From: Mollicutes bacterium Phil14
GTDB lineage: Bacteria > Bacillota_I > Bacilli_A > ML615J-28 > CAG-698
Reading direction: 5' to 3'
Length of the DNA stretch: 64,000 nucleotides
Assembly (NCBI GenBank): GCA_001940985.1
Contig: MSHB01000022.1
Coordinates: 35,393 to 99,392 of the forward strand
The notes beneath the pieces were generated by a model. That model searched no databases, had not been told where the DNA came from, and saw nothing but the letters and a program-made list of their open reading frames with translations. Below, piece by piece: positions 45,290-55,275 of this stretch (positions are counted from its first letter, which is position 1; each line of letters begins with the position of its first letter). The position numbers were made by a program, and so were the translations under genes.

Positions 45290-45958
45290 TTAAAAGTTTT
45301 TCAAAATAAACATTCTTCTTGGATAGTCTTTTTCTCTTTCACTCAAAACAAATTCTTTATACTCAACAAATTCAAAATATTGTTTAAATATATTTATCCA
45401 TTCTCCATTTGTCTTTAAGTTGCCTCTAAAAATGCTATCTTTATATATGCAACAATCTTTTTTAACATATCCTATTGACTGTAAAAACTCAAAAGAAAAA
45501 TCAGGATTGATAGCAATCATTAAATAGCCATTAGGTTTAACAGCTAAACTCAAATCTTTTAATACATCATAAATAATGTTATCTGGCAAAACATCAACTA
45601 AATTTATTGACATACAAAAATCAAATTCATTTTGATAATTTTTTAAACAATTCTGATCCCCAACAATAAATTCTATATTTTTTATGTTACTAAGTTCAGT
45701 AACCTTAGAAGCACATTCTATTCCATTGATAGATTGATCAATTCCAATACCTTTTTTAAAAGCAGTAGTATAACTAGCTTCTATTAATGCCCAACCACTT
45801 CCACAACCAAAATCTAAAACTTTACTGTTTTCATTAATATATTTTTTTAATGTTGAATTAAAATTATCATCGTTAATCCATTTGCCATTAATTTTATAAA
45901 CTTCATCTGATTTTAAAGCTTTATTCCAAAAATCTAATAATTTCAAATATTGTTCCAT
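45290..45958 (-). CDS. Class I SAM-dependent methyltransferase.
   Basis: 222 aa. Motif I VLDFGCGSGW and motif post-I pattern. Confidence 0.75.
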   Translation of the reverse strand: MEQYLKLLDFWNKALKSDEVYKINGKWINDDNFNSTLKKYINENSKVLDFGCGSGWALIEASYTTAFKKGIGIDQSINGIECASKVTELSNIKNIEFIVGDQNCLKNYQNEFDFCMSINLVDVLPDNIIYDVLKDLSLAVKPNGYLMIAINPDFSFEFLQSIGYVKKDCCIYKDSIFRGNLKTNGEWINIFKQYFEFVEYKEFVLSEREKDYPRRMFILKNF

Positions 45959-46037
45959 AATCTACCTCTTAACGTAATAATTATACCATACTTTCATATT
46001 TTAAAATTTTTAAAAATAATAAAAGGGGCATATACCC

Positions 46038-48545
46038 CTAATATTTTTTAGAAATCTTTCGGCTTGTTAAAAGGATAGAAAATCCAACTGACAAGACTAT
46101 CTCAAAGAAAATAATCATAAATTCAAGCGCATTAGTCCCAACAATATCCAAATCAACAACAACTCGATTAGATATATACTTTGAAACAGGTTCTTTTATT
46201 ATTATAAATGTTATTATTGTTATTATTAGGACTATAACTCCTATTATTAACCCCTGAAAACTTAGATTTTTCAATATGTTTTTTTTACTAGCACCTAATG
46301 TCAATAATATCTTGTTTTGCTTATTAGTCTCATCAAACAATATCAATAAATAATTAGTAAATAGTCCTATTGATAATAGTGATAACGCAAACGATAAAAT
46401 TAGAACAATTACTAATACATTATCTAAAACATTTCTTATTTTATCAACCTTAATTGTATAAATGTTACAATAATCATATCCATTTTCTCTTAATTTTGTA
46501 ATATCACTTTTATCAAAACTAATAACAAATCTTCTATATGGAAAGGCTTGAAGTTCGCTACGCAACTTGCTAGTAGTAGCATCATTAACAAAAAACTTTC
46601 CTTTACTATTTTCTGTATACCCTACTATCTTAAGTTCTACCTTTTTTTCTTTAGCCCTACAATTTATACCATATTCAATATTAATAGGAAATATATCATC
46701 GCTTTTAAAATATTCATCAATAAGTTCTTCCATTGCTAATTCATAGAAATAATAATAATTCTTTTCATCTTCAATATCTTTATTATTAATAATATACTCT
46801 AAATACTTACTACCAGTAGGAAATCTTCTATCTCCTGCTTCATATAAAGCTGCGTGTTCTTTAAAAACAGCTTTTTCCATATTGTTTTCTATTTTTAATC
46901 GATATTCATAAATAATATCTAAATCTACAATTGCCTCATTATCAAGCAATTCAGTTTTTTCATCGTCAAAATAAACTATATTGGTCAAATCCGTATAATT
47001 ATTAATAAAACCAGTTTTGTTACTACTTTTCAAGTCTTCATATAACAAGTCTTTACTAAAATTTTGCAATGTGTAAGTGATTTTTGATATATTAGTATTG
47101 TTAATATCAAGTTTTTCGTTATTTACGCCACTATAAACAAACAATATATCATTTAAGCTCCAATACATGCTTTCATAAATTCTATTACTATCACAAAAAT
47201 CACTCTTAATGATACCTACTATTTCAAATTCATAGTTTTCGTCCCTAATACGCTTACCTATTATATCTTGATAATCGCTAATAAAACAAATGTTATTATC
47301 ATACTGATAACCATATTTTTTGTATTCAAGGAATATATTTTCAGATAATACAACTTCATCACTTGAAATAGGTAATCTACCATAAAGCATTTCTAACTTT
47401 AAATCATTAAAGATAGTTTCATTTATTTCCATAAAACTAGCATATTCTTTGCTAGCAGTTCCATCTAGAAACATATCTGAATATATAAATGACCTATCGT
47501 AAAAAATGGGATAAGCATTAATTCCTATTTCTTCTAATTTTTTAATGTCATCTTTTGACAAATCATAACCAAGCGCAGTATTTCTATAGTAAATATTAAT
47601 ATCATATGGTGTTTCTATACCGCTAATCATAGAATGTGTAAATCCATCTTCTTCCATTTTACTTAAAATAAAATCTGTTTTATCAAAAAGTGTAGCAGAT
47701 AAAACTATACTCAACATAGAAAAAGATATACTAGATACTAATATCATTAAAATAAGTCTTTTTACTTTTAATCTTAAATTCTTTATTCCTAATTTTAACG
47801 CTTTTAGATTACTTAAACCTTTACTTTTAGTATTTATTTCTAGTCTTTTTTCTTCCTTAATAGTATCAGTATTAATATTTCCTATTACTTCTTTTATCTT
47901 GCCTTCTTCTATTCTTACTATTATATCTCCATATTCTTTTGCATACTCTTCATTATGACTTACTACTATTACTAAATGGTCTTTTGATATCTCTTTTAGT
48001 ATATCTAATATCTGTCTCCCTGTTTTATTATCCAATGCCCCTGTTGGTTCATCTGCTAATATTAATCTTGGTTTTTTTATTAAAGCTCTCGCTATTGTTA
48101 CTCTTTGTTTTTCTCCTCCTGAAAGTTCATTAATCATTTTCTTTTCATATCCACTTAAATTAACTTTCTTTAAGTTTTCTTTTATTTCTAAATCATTAAT
48201 TTTCTTTCCTTGGAGTTCATAACTTAATGCTATATTATCATATACATCAAATTCTTCTATTAGATTATACTCTTGAAATATAAAACCTATTTCTCTACTT
48301 CTATATACATTTGCTTCTGTTTCACTTAATTTACTTATATCTATTCCATCTACTATTATTTTACCTTCATCAAATGTATCTAATTTCCCTATTAGATTTA
48401 AAAGTGTTGTCTTTCCACTTCCTGTTTCTCCTAATATAAAACACATTCCTTTATCTGGTAAATCTAAATTAATATTATCAAGTGCTACTTTTTTCTCTTT
48501 TCTTTTTGAAATATATACTTTCTTTACCTTTTTTATTTCTATCAT
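46038..48545 (-). CDS. MacB-like ABC transporter: N-terminal ATPase fused to an FtsX-type permease.
   Basis: 835 aa. N-terminal NBD ([28 protein letters not shown]), then a TM, a large extracytoplasmic domain and C-terminal FtsX-like TM helices. Confidence 0.8.
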   Translation of the reverse strand: MIEIKKVKKVYISKRKEKKVALDNINLDLPDKGMCFILGETGSGKTTLLNLIGKLDTFDEGKIIVDGIDISKLSETEANVYRSREIGFIFQEYNLIEEFDVYDNIALSYELQGKKINDLEIKENLKKVNLSGYEKKMINELSGGEKQRVTIARALIKKPRLILADEPTGALDNKTGRQILDILKEISKDHLVIVVSHNEEYAKEYGDIIVRIEEGKIKEVIGNINTDTIKEEKRLEINTKSKGLSNLKALKLGIKNLRLKVKRLILMILVSSISFSMLSIVLSATLFDKTDFILSKMEEDGFTHSMISGIETPYDINIYYRNTALGYDLSKDDIKKLEEIGINAYPIFYDRSFIYSDMFLDGTASKEYASFMEINETIFNDLKLEMLYGRLPISSDEVVLSENIFLEYKKYGYQYDNNICFISDYQDIIGKRIRDENYEFEIVGIIKSDFCDSNRIYESMYWSLNDILFVYSGVNNEKLDINNTNISKITYTLQNFSKDLLYEDLKSSNKTGFINNYTDLTNIVYFDDEKTELLDNEAIVDLDIIYEYRLKIENNMEKAVFKEHAALYEAGDRRFPTGSKYLEYIINNKDIEDEKNYYYFYELAMEELIDEYFKSDDIFPINIEYGINCRAKEKKVELKIVGYTENSKGKFFVNDATTSKLRSELQAFPYRRFVISFDKSDITKLRENGYDYCNIYTIKVDKIRNVLDNVLVIVLILSFALSLLSIGLFTNYLLILFDETNKQNKILLTLGASKKNILKNLSFQGLIIGVIVLIITIITFIIIKEPVSKYISNRVVVDLDIVGTNALEFMIIFFEIVLSVGFSILLTSRKISKKY

Positions 48546-48727
48546 TTCTAACCCCTTTTTTTTAACTAAATATCACTTACAACATATTCAAAATTTTAAG
48601 TTATAAAAATTTATGGCTTGTAATTTGCAATCTCTTAAAAAGATATCTTACAAGTATTAATTTATATTGTTACTTTTTAATATAAAAAATATGTACTGAT
48701 GACTATCATAATCTAACAGCATTCAGT

Positions 48728-48787
48728 TTAATTGAATAAATAAATGATAAAAAATAAAATTGGAGTTGTAGTTATTATTATTTTCAT
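48728..48787 (-). CDS. Small ORF (19 aa, MKIIITTTPILFFIIYLFN) with a strong ribosome-binding site, upstream of the MacB-like transporter.
   Basis: GGAAGGAGATTATTT precedes the ATG. A near-consensus promoter lies 35-70 nt upstream. Confidence 0.25.
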   Translation of the reverse strand: MKIIITTTPILFFIIYLFN

Positions 48788-48828
48788 AAATAATCTCCTT
48801 CCTATTAACGTACTCTAATTCTAACATT

Positions 48829-48857
48829 TTTTACAATTTTTGTCAATTTTTAAAAAA
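48829..48857 (-). promoter_or_regulatory. Sigma-A promoter (TTGACA, 17 nt, TAGAAT) upstream of the small ORF and the MacB-like gene.
   Basis: Minus-strand TTGACAaaaattgtaaaaaatgtTAGAAT. Confidence 0.55.
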
Positions 48858-49148
48858 GGATGTGATTTTATATTATAAATTTGCATAAAAAAGTCAAAAC
48901 CTATACCAGTTTCGACTAATTTGTTGCAAATAAATTGCCGAGCTTGAATTTCTAATTTTTTTTCATTGGAAAATTCAATCTGTATTCAGCGACGCATCGC
49001 CTTTCCACCTTTGCAATTATTATACATCGTTTTTTTATAAATGTTAACATTTTTTATTTTTTTATAAAGTATAAATATAACAATGCATTAATACTATGCA
49101 TATTTTTATTTAATCTAATAACATATTTCTTTATTATAAAAAGAGCTA

Positions 49149-50573
49149 TTAACCAATAGCTCCATTCATTTCTAGTTTTATTAATTGATTTAGTTCTATC
49201 GCATATTCCATTGGAAGTTCTTTTGAGAATGGTTCAATGAATCCCATAACTATCATTTCTAAAGCTTGAGATTCTGTCAATCCTCTACTCATCAAATAGA
49301 ATAATTGATCTTCACTTACTTTTGATACTGTTGCTTCATGTTCAATTCTTGCTTTTTGATTTTGCACAAAATTAAATGGAATAGTATCACTCTTAGATTT
49401 ATCATCCAAAATTATTGTATCACACTCTACATGGCTTCTTGCTCCAATAGCATTTACTCCATGTTTAACAGTTCCACGATAATTTACCACTCCGCCACCA
49501 CGACAAATTGATTTTGAAATAATCGTACTAGTAGTATTAGGAGCAAGGTGAATCATTTTAGCTCCTGTATCTTGAAATTGTCCACTTCCAGCAAATGCAA
49601 TAGAAATTGTAGTTCCTTTTGCACCTTCACCTTTAAGGATACATGCTGGATATTTCATATTTAACATTGATCCAATATTTCCATCAATCCATTCCATATG
49701 AGCAAATGATTCGCATAAGGCACGTTTTGTTACTAAGTTGACAATATTGTTAGACCAATTTTGAACTGTAGAATATCTACAATATCCTCTGTCTTTAATA
49801 TATATCTCGACTACAGCTGCATGCAAAGAATCTTTTGAATATATTGGGGCAGTACATCCTTCAACATAATTCAAACTTGCACCTTCATCAACGATTATTA
49901 ATGTTCTTTCAAATTGACCCATTTGTTCAGAATTTATTCTAAAATATGATTGCAATGGTTTATCTAGTTTAACACCTTTAGGAACATATATAAATGATCC
50001 ACCACTCCATACAGCAGAATTTAAAGCTGCATACTTGTTATCACTATAAGGAACAACTTTACCAAAATATTCTTTTACTAAATCTGGATACAATCTAACT
50101 GCTGTATCAGTATCACAGAATAATACACCTAAACTTTCTAATTCCTTTAAAGTATTATGATATACTACTTCTGATTCAAACTGTGTTGACACACCAGCTA
50201 AATATTTCTTTTCTGCTTCTGGTATTCCTAATTTATCAAATGTGTCTTTGATCTTTTCAGGAACATCATTCCAATCCTTTTCAACCTTTTTGCTTGATTT
50301 TATATAATATGTATAATCATCAAAATCAATAAAATCTAGGTTAGGTCCAAAATCAGGTTGAGGCATTTCCACAAACTTTTTATAGGCTTTTTTTCTAAAC
50401 TCTAGCATCCAATCAGGTTCATTTTTAAATTTAGAAATTGCTTCAACAACCTCTAAGCTCAAACCTTTACCTGTGTTAAAGATATCATCAGTTTCAGTTT
50501 TAAAACCGTATTTATAATCACCTATTATTTTTTCAATTTTCTTATTGTTATCATTATTCATCATGTTCACCAT
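49149..50573 (-). CDS. sufB: Fe-S cluster assembly protein SufB.
   Basis: 474 aa. Last gene of the sufCDSUB order. Conserved SufB C-terminal core. Confidence 0.9.
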   Translation of the reverse strand: MVNMMNNDNNKKIEKIIGDYKYGFKTETDDIFNTGKGLSLEVVEAISKFKNEPDWMLEFRKKAYKKFVEMPQPDFGPNLDFIDFDDYTYYIKSSKKVEKDWNDVPEKIKDTFDKLGIPEAEKKYLAGVSTQFESEVVYHNTLKELESLGVLFCDTDTAVRLYPDLVKEYFGKVVPYSDNKYAALNSAVWSGGSFIYVPKGVKLDKPLQSYFRINSEQMGQFERTLIIVDEGASLNYVEGCTAPIYSKDSLHAAVVEIYIKDRGYCRYSTVQNWSNNIVNLVTKRALCESFAHMEWIDGNIGSMLNMKYPACILKGEGAKGTTISIAFAGSGQFQDTGAKMIHLAPNTTSTIISKSICRGGGVVNYRGTVKHGVNAIGARSHVECDTIILDDKSKSDTIPFNFVQNQKARIEHEATVSKVSEDQLFYLMSRGLTESQALEMIVMGFIEPFSKELPMEYAIELNQLIKLEMNGAIG

Positions 50574-50997
50574 TAAGTAGCTTTTCTAAAGCTTTCCAAG
50601 AAATAGTTGCACACTTAATACGAGCTGGAAATTTACTAACCCCCTCATAGACAAGTGCCTCTTCTAATTCTTCTTCATCTTCAATTTTTTCACCTTTCAT
50701 CATTGAAAAGTATTTATTGATAATATCTTTTGCTTCATCAACAGTTTTTCCACTTAAAACTTCAGTCAATACACTGGCGCTAGAGCAACAAATAGAACAT
50801 CCTTGCCCATTGTGACGAACTTCTTTTATTACGCCGTTTTCAATGTTTGCTTCAATTGTTATGTCATCTCCACAAGATGGATTTTTCAAATGAATATGTG
50901 GGTACCCTTTTAATCCTTTATTACGAGGATTTTTATAATGATCCATTATTACTTGACGATATAAGTTCTCAATATTATTCATTGTTTTCACCTTCAA
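50554..50997 (-). CDS. sufU: Fe-S cluster assembly scaffold/sulfur-transfer protein SufU (IscU-like).
   Basis: 147 aa. NPSCGDDI and [10 protein letters not shown] cysteine motifs. Confidence 0.9.
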   Translation of the reverse strand: MKVKTMNNIENLYRQVIMDHYKNPRNKGLKGYPHIHLKNPSCGDDITIEANIENGVIKEVRHNGQGCSICCSSASVLTEVLSGKTVDEAKDIINKYFSMMKGEKIEDEEELEEALVYEGVSKFPARIKCATISWKALEKLLNGEHDE

Positions 50998-52237
50998 ACT
51001 GACTAAAAAACTCTATGCATTCTTTTACTCTTTCTACAAATTTATCCACATCATTATAATCATTATAAATATAAAATGAGCCTCGAAGTGTTCCAACAAC
51101 CCCTAACCATTTTGTTATTAATTGAGCACAATGATGTCCAGCTCTTAAGCAAATGTTTGCTTCATCAAAGATTGTTGAGGCATCATGAGGATGTACTCCT
51201 TTGATATTAAAAGCAAGTATTGCTAATTCGCTTGTTTTATTATATATTTCTATTCCTTTTATATCTTTTAATTTATCTAAAGCATATTGATGTAGAGTAT
51301 GGCAATGTTCATTAATATTATCAAAGCCTAAACTTTCAATAAAGTCAATAGCTTCTCCTAATCCAATAACCTCAGCGATTGCTGGTGTACCAGTTTCAAA
51401 TCTGAACGGGATATCTTTTACAGTTACACAATCTAAGCATACCTCATCATTCATATCTCCACCATATTCTAATGGTTCTAATTTTTCTAATATTTCCTTT
51501 TTACCATACAATACTCCAACGCCTGTTGGTCCCATCATTTTGTGTGATGAAAAAGCTAAAAAGTCGCAATCAAGTTTTTTAACATCGATTTTAAAGTGAG
51601 CTACAGCTTGAGCGGCATCAACGATAACTTTTGCACCAACTTCATGAGATAATTTAATAATCTCTTCAATTGGTGTGACATATCCCATAACATTAGAAAC
51701 GTATGTCAACGCTACTACCTTAACGTTTTCGTCTAAAGCTTGCTTAAAAGCATCAATTGTAATTCTTCCTTCTTCATTAAGTTTAACATAACGAAGAGTA
51801 GCTTTCTTTCTTTCACATAGTTTCATCCAAGGTAAAACTGAACTATGATGTTCAAGTTCACTAGTAATGACAACGTCTCCTTCTTTTAAATACTTTTCTC
51901 CATATGTTAAAGCAATAAAGTTTAAGGCTTCACTTACATTTCTTTTAAATACAATTTCAGAAAAACTAGCATTTAAAAATTTACTTACCTTTTCTCTAGC
52001 TTCATCATATGCTTCTGTTGCTTCATAACTTAGTCTATAGACGCCTCTGTGAATATTAACACCATACTTCTCATAATATTCATTCATTTTGTCTAAGACA
52101 CATTTTGGTTTTAATGACGTAGCACCAGTATCCAAATATACTAAATCAGGATGATTTTGATATATTGGAAACATCTCACGAATTTTTTTTACATCAAACA
52201 TTTTCTTCACCCTTTTTATAAAACCTTTTTTATCCAA
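50975..52237 (-). CDS. sufS: Cysteine desulfurase SufS (PLP-dependent).
   Basis: 420 aa. Class V aminotransferase fold, SSHKMMGPTG Lys-PLP region, RAGHHCA active-site Cys loop. Confidence 0.9.
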   Translation of the reverse strand: MDKKGFIKRVKKMFDVKKIREMFPIYQNHPDLVYLDTGATSLKPKCVLDKMNEYYEKYGVNIHRGVYRLSYEATEAYDEAREKVSKFLNASFSEIVFKRNVSEALNFIALTYGEKYLKEGDVVITSELEHHSSVLPWMKLCERKKATLRYVKLNEEGRITIDAFKQALDENVKVVALTYVSNVMGYVTPIEEIIKLSHEVGAKVIVDAAQAVAHFKIDVKKLDCDFLAFSSHKMMGPTGVGVLYGKKEILEKLEPLEYGGDMNDEVCLDCVTVKDIPFRFETGTPAIAEVIGLGEAIDFIESLGFDNINEHCHTLHQYALDKLKDIKGIEIYNKTSELAILAFNIKGVHPHDASTIFDEANICLRAGHHCAQLITKWLGVVGTLRGSFYIYNDYNDVDKFVERVKECIEFFSQFEGENNE

Positions 52238-53103
52238 TCTAAACTATAAGACTTCACACTTTCATCTTTTAGTTCATTAATAAAAGGATGAATAAACCCT
52301 TCAACAATCAATCTTTCACTATTTTCTCTAGTAAGTCCTCTACTCATTAAGTAATATAACTCTTCTTCGTCTATTGCTCCAATTGATGCTCCATGACTTG
52401 CCATACAATCATACTCATCAATTACAAGCCAAGGATTAGCACTAATTTGAGATGTTTCATCTAACAAAATTCCTTTTGTTTTTTGATTTAAATTTGTACC
52501 ATTAGAACCTTTCAAAATTGTTCCATTAGTATTCATATGAATAACAGAGTTATTCTTACTTATACAATAATTATGCATTTCAGAAGAACTGTTACGAACA
52601 CTATGAATAGTATTGAAATTGAAAATTTGACTCTTACCACTACTATTAATAACAATATCTAAAGAATCAATTTTGCTATTTTCTGCTAACAAATCAAATT
52701 CTTGATTATATAAAACATCAGACAAAATTGCAGTTATATTCTTATTTTCAATATATGCACCTTCATATATCTCTGTCTTGACATTTATCCTAATATTAGA
52801 CGCATTTTCGCTTTTCTTAAAACTTAAATATTCTAATTTACTATTTTCCTTACAAGTAATATTGATATTAATCAAAACATCACTTTTGATTTCATAAAAT
52901 ATTTCTTCTAAATGAACCACTTTATCTTTATCAATTACTAAATTAATATTTGTATCTTTATCAATAAAATGAATTACCTTAAGATTCATTGACTCACTGA
53001 TATTTAAACTTGCGCCACTGCTTTCAACTATTTCACCGTTTTTTAAGATTATATAGTCACTATCTTTAACTATATCTTTCAAAGAATCAACCATTTTTAA
53101 CAT
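52216..53103 (-). CDS. sufD: Fe-S cluster assembly protein SufD (short form, 295 aa).
   Basis: Its position between sufC and sufS and its C-terminal similarity to SufB/SufD (LYYLMSRGL...) support the call. It is shorter than the typical roughly 430-aa SufD. Confidence 0.75.
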   Translation of the reverse strand: MLKMVDSLKDIVKDSDYIILKNGEIVESSGASLNISESMNLKVIHFIDKDTNINLVIDKDKVVHLEEIFYEIKSDVLININITCKENSKLEYLSFKKSENASNIRINVKTEIYEGAYIENKNITAILSDVLYNQEFDLLAENSKIDSLDIVINSSGKSQIFNFNTIHSVRNSSSEMHNYCISKNNSVIHMNTNGTILKGSNGTNLNQKTKGILLDETSQISANPWLVIDEYDCMASHGASIGAIDEEELYYLMSRGLTRENSERLIVEGFIHPFINELKDESVKSYSLDWIKKVL

Positions 53104-53104
53104 C

Positions 53105-53944
53105 TTATTTTGCCTCTGTTTTTTTCTTAATTGCGCAGCTACCTAAAACAACATGTTGTTTTCTTTCTTCTTCTTCGTCTTCAAGTCCTAATTCTTCTTT
53201 CAACCAATCATAACCTAAAGCATCAATCTTAGCTATTAACTCTTTTCCACCTGTTTTAACTATTCTACCATTCATCATAATATGAACATAATCAACATTA
53301 ATATAGTCTAATAGTCTTTCATAGTGAGTAATAATTAATGCCCCAAAATCATCACCACGCATATTATTAACATTTTCACCAACTACTTTTAAGGCATCAA
53401 CATCAAGTCCAGAATCAATTTCATCTAAAATAGCAAAATTTGGTTTTAACATTTTCATTTGTAAAATTTCATTACGTTTCTTTTCCCCACCACTGAAACC
53501 TTCATTTAGATATCTATGTGGAAGATCGCTTCTCATCTTCAAATCGCTTACAGCTTTATCCAAAGACTTGATAAACTTAAACAAAGATACATGTTCATCT
53601 TCACCTAATCTTGCTTGCATTGCTGTTTTTATAAAATCAGAATTAGTAACACCGCTAATTTCATTAGGATATTGCATTGCTAAAAATATACCTTTTCTAC
53701 TTCTTTCATCAACTTTCATATCTAAAAGATTTTCGCCATCTAAAGTTATTGTTCCATCAGTAACTTCATATTTATAGTGTCCCATTATAGTTGATGCTAA
53801 AGTACTCTTACCAGTACCATTAGGTCCCATTATTGCGTGCATTTCTCCAGTTTTTATAGTTAAATCAACGCCTTTTAAAATTTCTTTTCCTTCCACACTA
53901 ACATGTAAATTTTTAATTTCTAATACTTTTGCCATTTTCTTCAC
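53105..53944 (-). CDS. sufC: Fe-S cluster assembly ATPase SufC.
   Basis: 279 aa ABC-type ATPase. GPNGTGKST, LNEGFSGGEKKR, LDEIDSGLD. Confidence 0.9.
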   Translation of the reverse strand: MKKMAKVLEIKNLHVSVEGKEILKGVDLTIKTGEMHAIMGPNGTGKSTLASTIMGHYKYEVTDGTITLDGENLLDMKVDERSRKGIFLAMQYPNEISGVTNSDFIKTAMQARLGEDEHVSLFKFIKSLDKAVSDLKMRSDLPHRYLNEGFSGGEKKRNEILQMKMLKPNFAILDEIDSGLDVDALKVVGENVNNMRGDDFGALIITHYERLLDYINVDYVHIMMNGRIVKTGGKELIAKIDALGYDWLKEELGLEDEEEERKQHVVLGSCAIKKKTEAK

Positions 53945-53989
53945 CTTATTTGTTATTATATTTTATTGTTTAAGTAAATAATAGTTTTA

Positions 53990-54030
53990 TATTTCTATTA
54001 TAACAGATTTTATTTTTTTTGCATTAAATA
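53990..54030 (-). promoter_or_regulatory. Putative extended -10 promoter (TGtTATAAT) for the suf operon.
   Basis: Minus-strand ...AATCTGTTATAAT... about 60 nt upstream of the sufC ATG. The -35 element is weak. Confidence 0.35.
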
Positions 54031-54096
54031 TGCTAATTTTTTTATATTAAAAATCTACCATAAAAATGGTAGAAGTATTTTAGAGTATATGTATTT

Positions 54097-54699
54097 TTAA
54101 AATTTGTCTACCCACTCATCAAAATATGCTACAACATCATCATATGCTAATGAGTCAGATGTAGCTTGCAAAATCTCTTCGCGAACATGTTGATAATTTT
54201 TATCCCAATCATTCAAATTAACATCTTTTGAATTTTCATCATAATGATAAGTATTATAACAAATTATCATTATCATCTCTTCAACCAGATCATCACACAA
54301 AGTTTTTATTTCTTCTTGCATATCGTGCAATTCTTTGTTTTTTTCATTCCATTCTTTAAAGAAATCTTTAGCCGCATTATCAGTCTTTTTATAGCTTATA
54401 ATTGCTAAAACTAAAAGTGCTAAACAAATAGCATATAAACCGCCAATTAAATATTCATTCTTTAGCCCACCTAAAATAAAGTAAACTGTTAAAACCACAA
54501 GCAAGCATATGCATATACCAATTAAATATATCTTATTTTTAATTCTTTTTTTAGTTTGATCAAAAATTGGCCAATATGCTTCACTTACTGCTTTGTAATC
54601 CACAGCGTATTTATCTTTTAAGTTGTGTAGTCTTACTACTTGTTCTTTGTATTTTTCATTTCTTTTTATTTCTTTATGACTATTTTGCATAATTATCAC
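54097..54699 (-). CDS. Hypothetical membrane protein (200 aa, two central TM helices).
   Basis: Continuous ORF. A terminator-like hairpin (CUACCAUUUUUAUGGUAG plus U-tract) lies at about 54055-54075 downstream. Confidence 0.45.
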   Translation of the reverse strand: MIIMQNSHKEIKRNEKYKEQVVRLHNLKDKYAVDYKAVSEAYWPIFDQTKKRIKNKIYLIGICICLLVVLTVYFILGGLKNEYLIGGLYAICLALLVLAIISYKKTDNAAKDFFKEWNEKNKELHDMQEEIKTLCDDLVEEMIMIICYNTYHYDENSKDVNLNDWDKNYQHVREEILQATSDSLAYDDVVAYFDEWVDKF

Positions 54700-54739
54700 C
54701 TATACTATTTTATCATAAAAAATAAAAATGTAAATCGTT

Positions 54740-55156
54740 TTAAGAAAAAACAACTAACATCGTTCCAACAATTAAGACAATTAATCCTATTATTGTCATT
54801 ATGGTTAGTTTTTCTTTCAAAAAAATTGCTGAAATAAAAGTAGAGAAAACTATACTAAACCTATCTATTGCTACAACCTTAATAACTGTTCCTTTTTTAA
54901 GGGCCAGAAAATAAAAAACCCATGTAAAGAATGTTGCAAAAGATGCCAAAGCAATATACTTCCATTCCCTTGGCGATATATCTTTTATGTTTTTTCCTTT
55001 ATTCATAAATAATATTAAAATCCATAGAAGTATAAATACCATACTTGTTCTTAAGCCTGTTACCAAAGTTGAATCTAAATTCTTTAAACCAACTTTCATA
55101 AAAATCGTCATCAAACTAGCAAATAAACTAGATAAAATTGCAAATATTAACCACAT
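54740..55156 (-). CDS. Small EamA/DMT-family membrane protein (4-TM half transporter).
   Basis: 138 aa with four hydrophobic helices. The pattern is similar to single EamA-domain proteins. Confidence 0.55.
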   Translation of the reverse strand: MWLIFAILSSLFASLMTIFMKVGLKNLDSTLVTGLRTSMVFILLWILILFMNKGKNIKDISPREWKYIALASFATFFTWVFYFLALKKGTVIKVVAIDRFSIVFSTFISAIFLKEKLTIMTIIGLIVLIVGTMLVVFS

Positions 55157-55275
55157 AAAATCACCACTATTAAATTACTAGTACTTATTATTTCCAAATT
55201 AAAATATAAACATACATATAGTAATAAAAATAAAAACTAGCCAAGTATTTTATGACTAGTTTTATATATAATTTT

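Noticed and set aside
48900-49010. Short GC-rich hairpin (GCGAUGCGUCGC) downstream of sufB considered as a terminator or sRNA.
   Set aside because: Only a 4-bp stem with no flanking U-tract. Most likely incidental.
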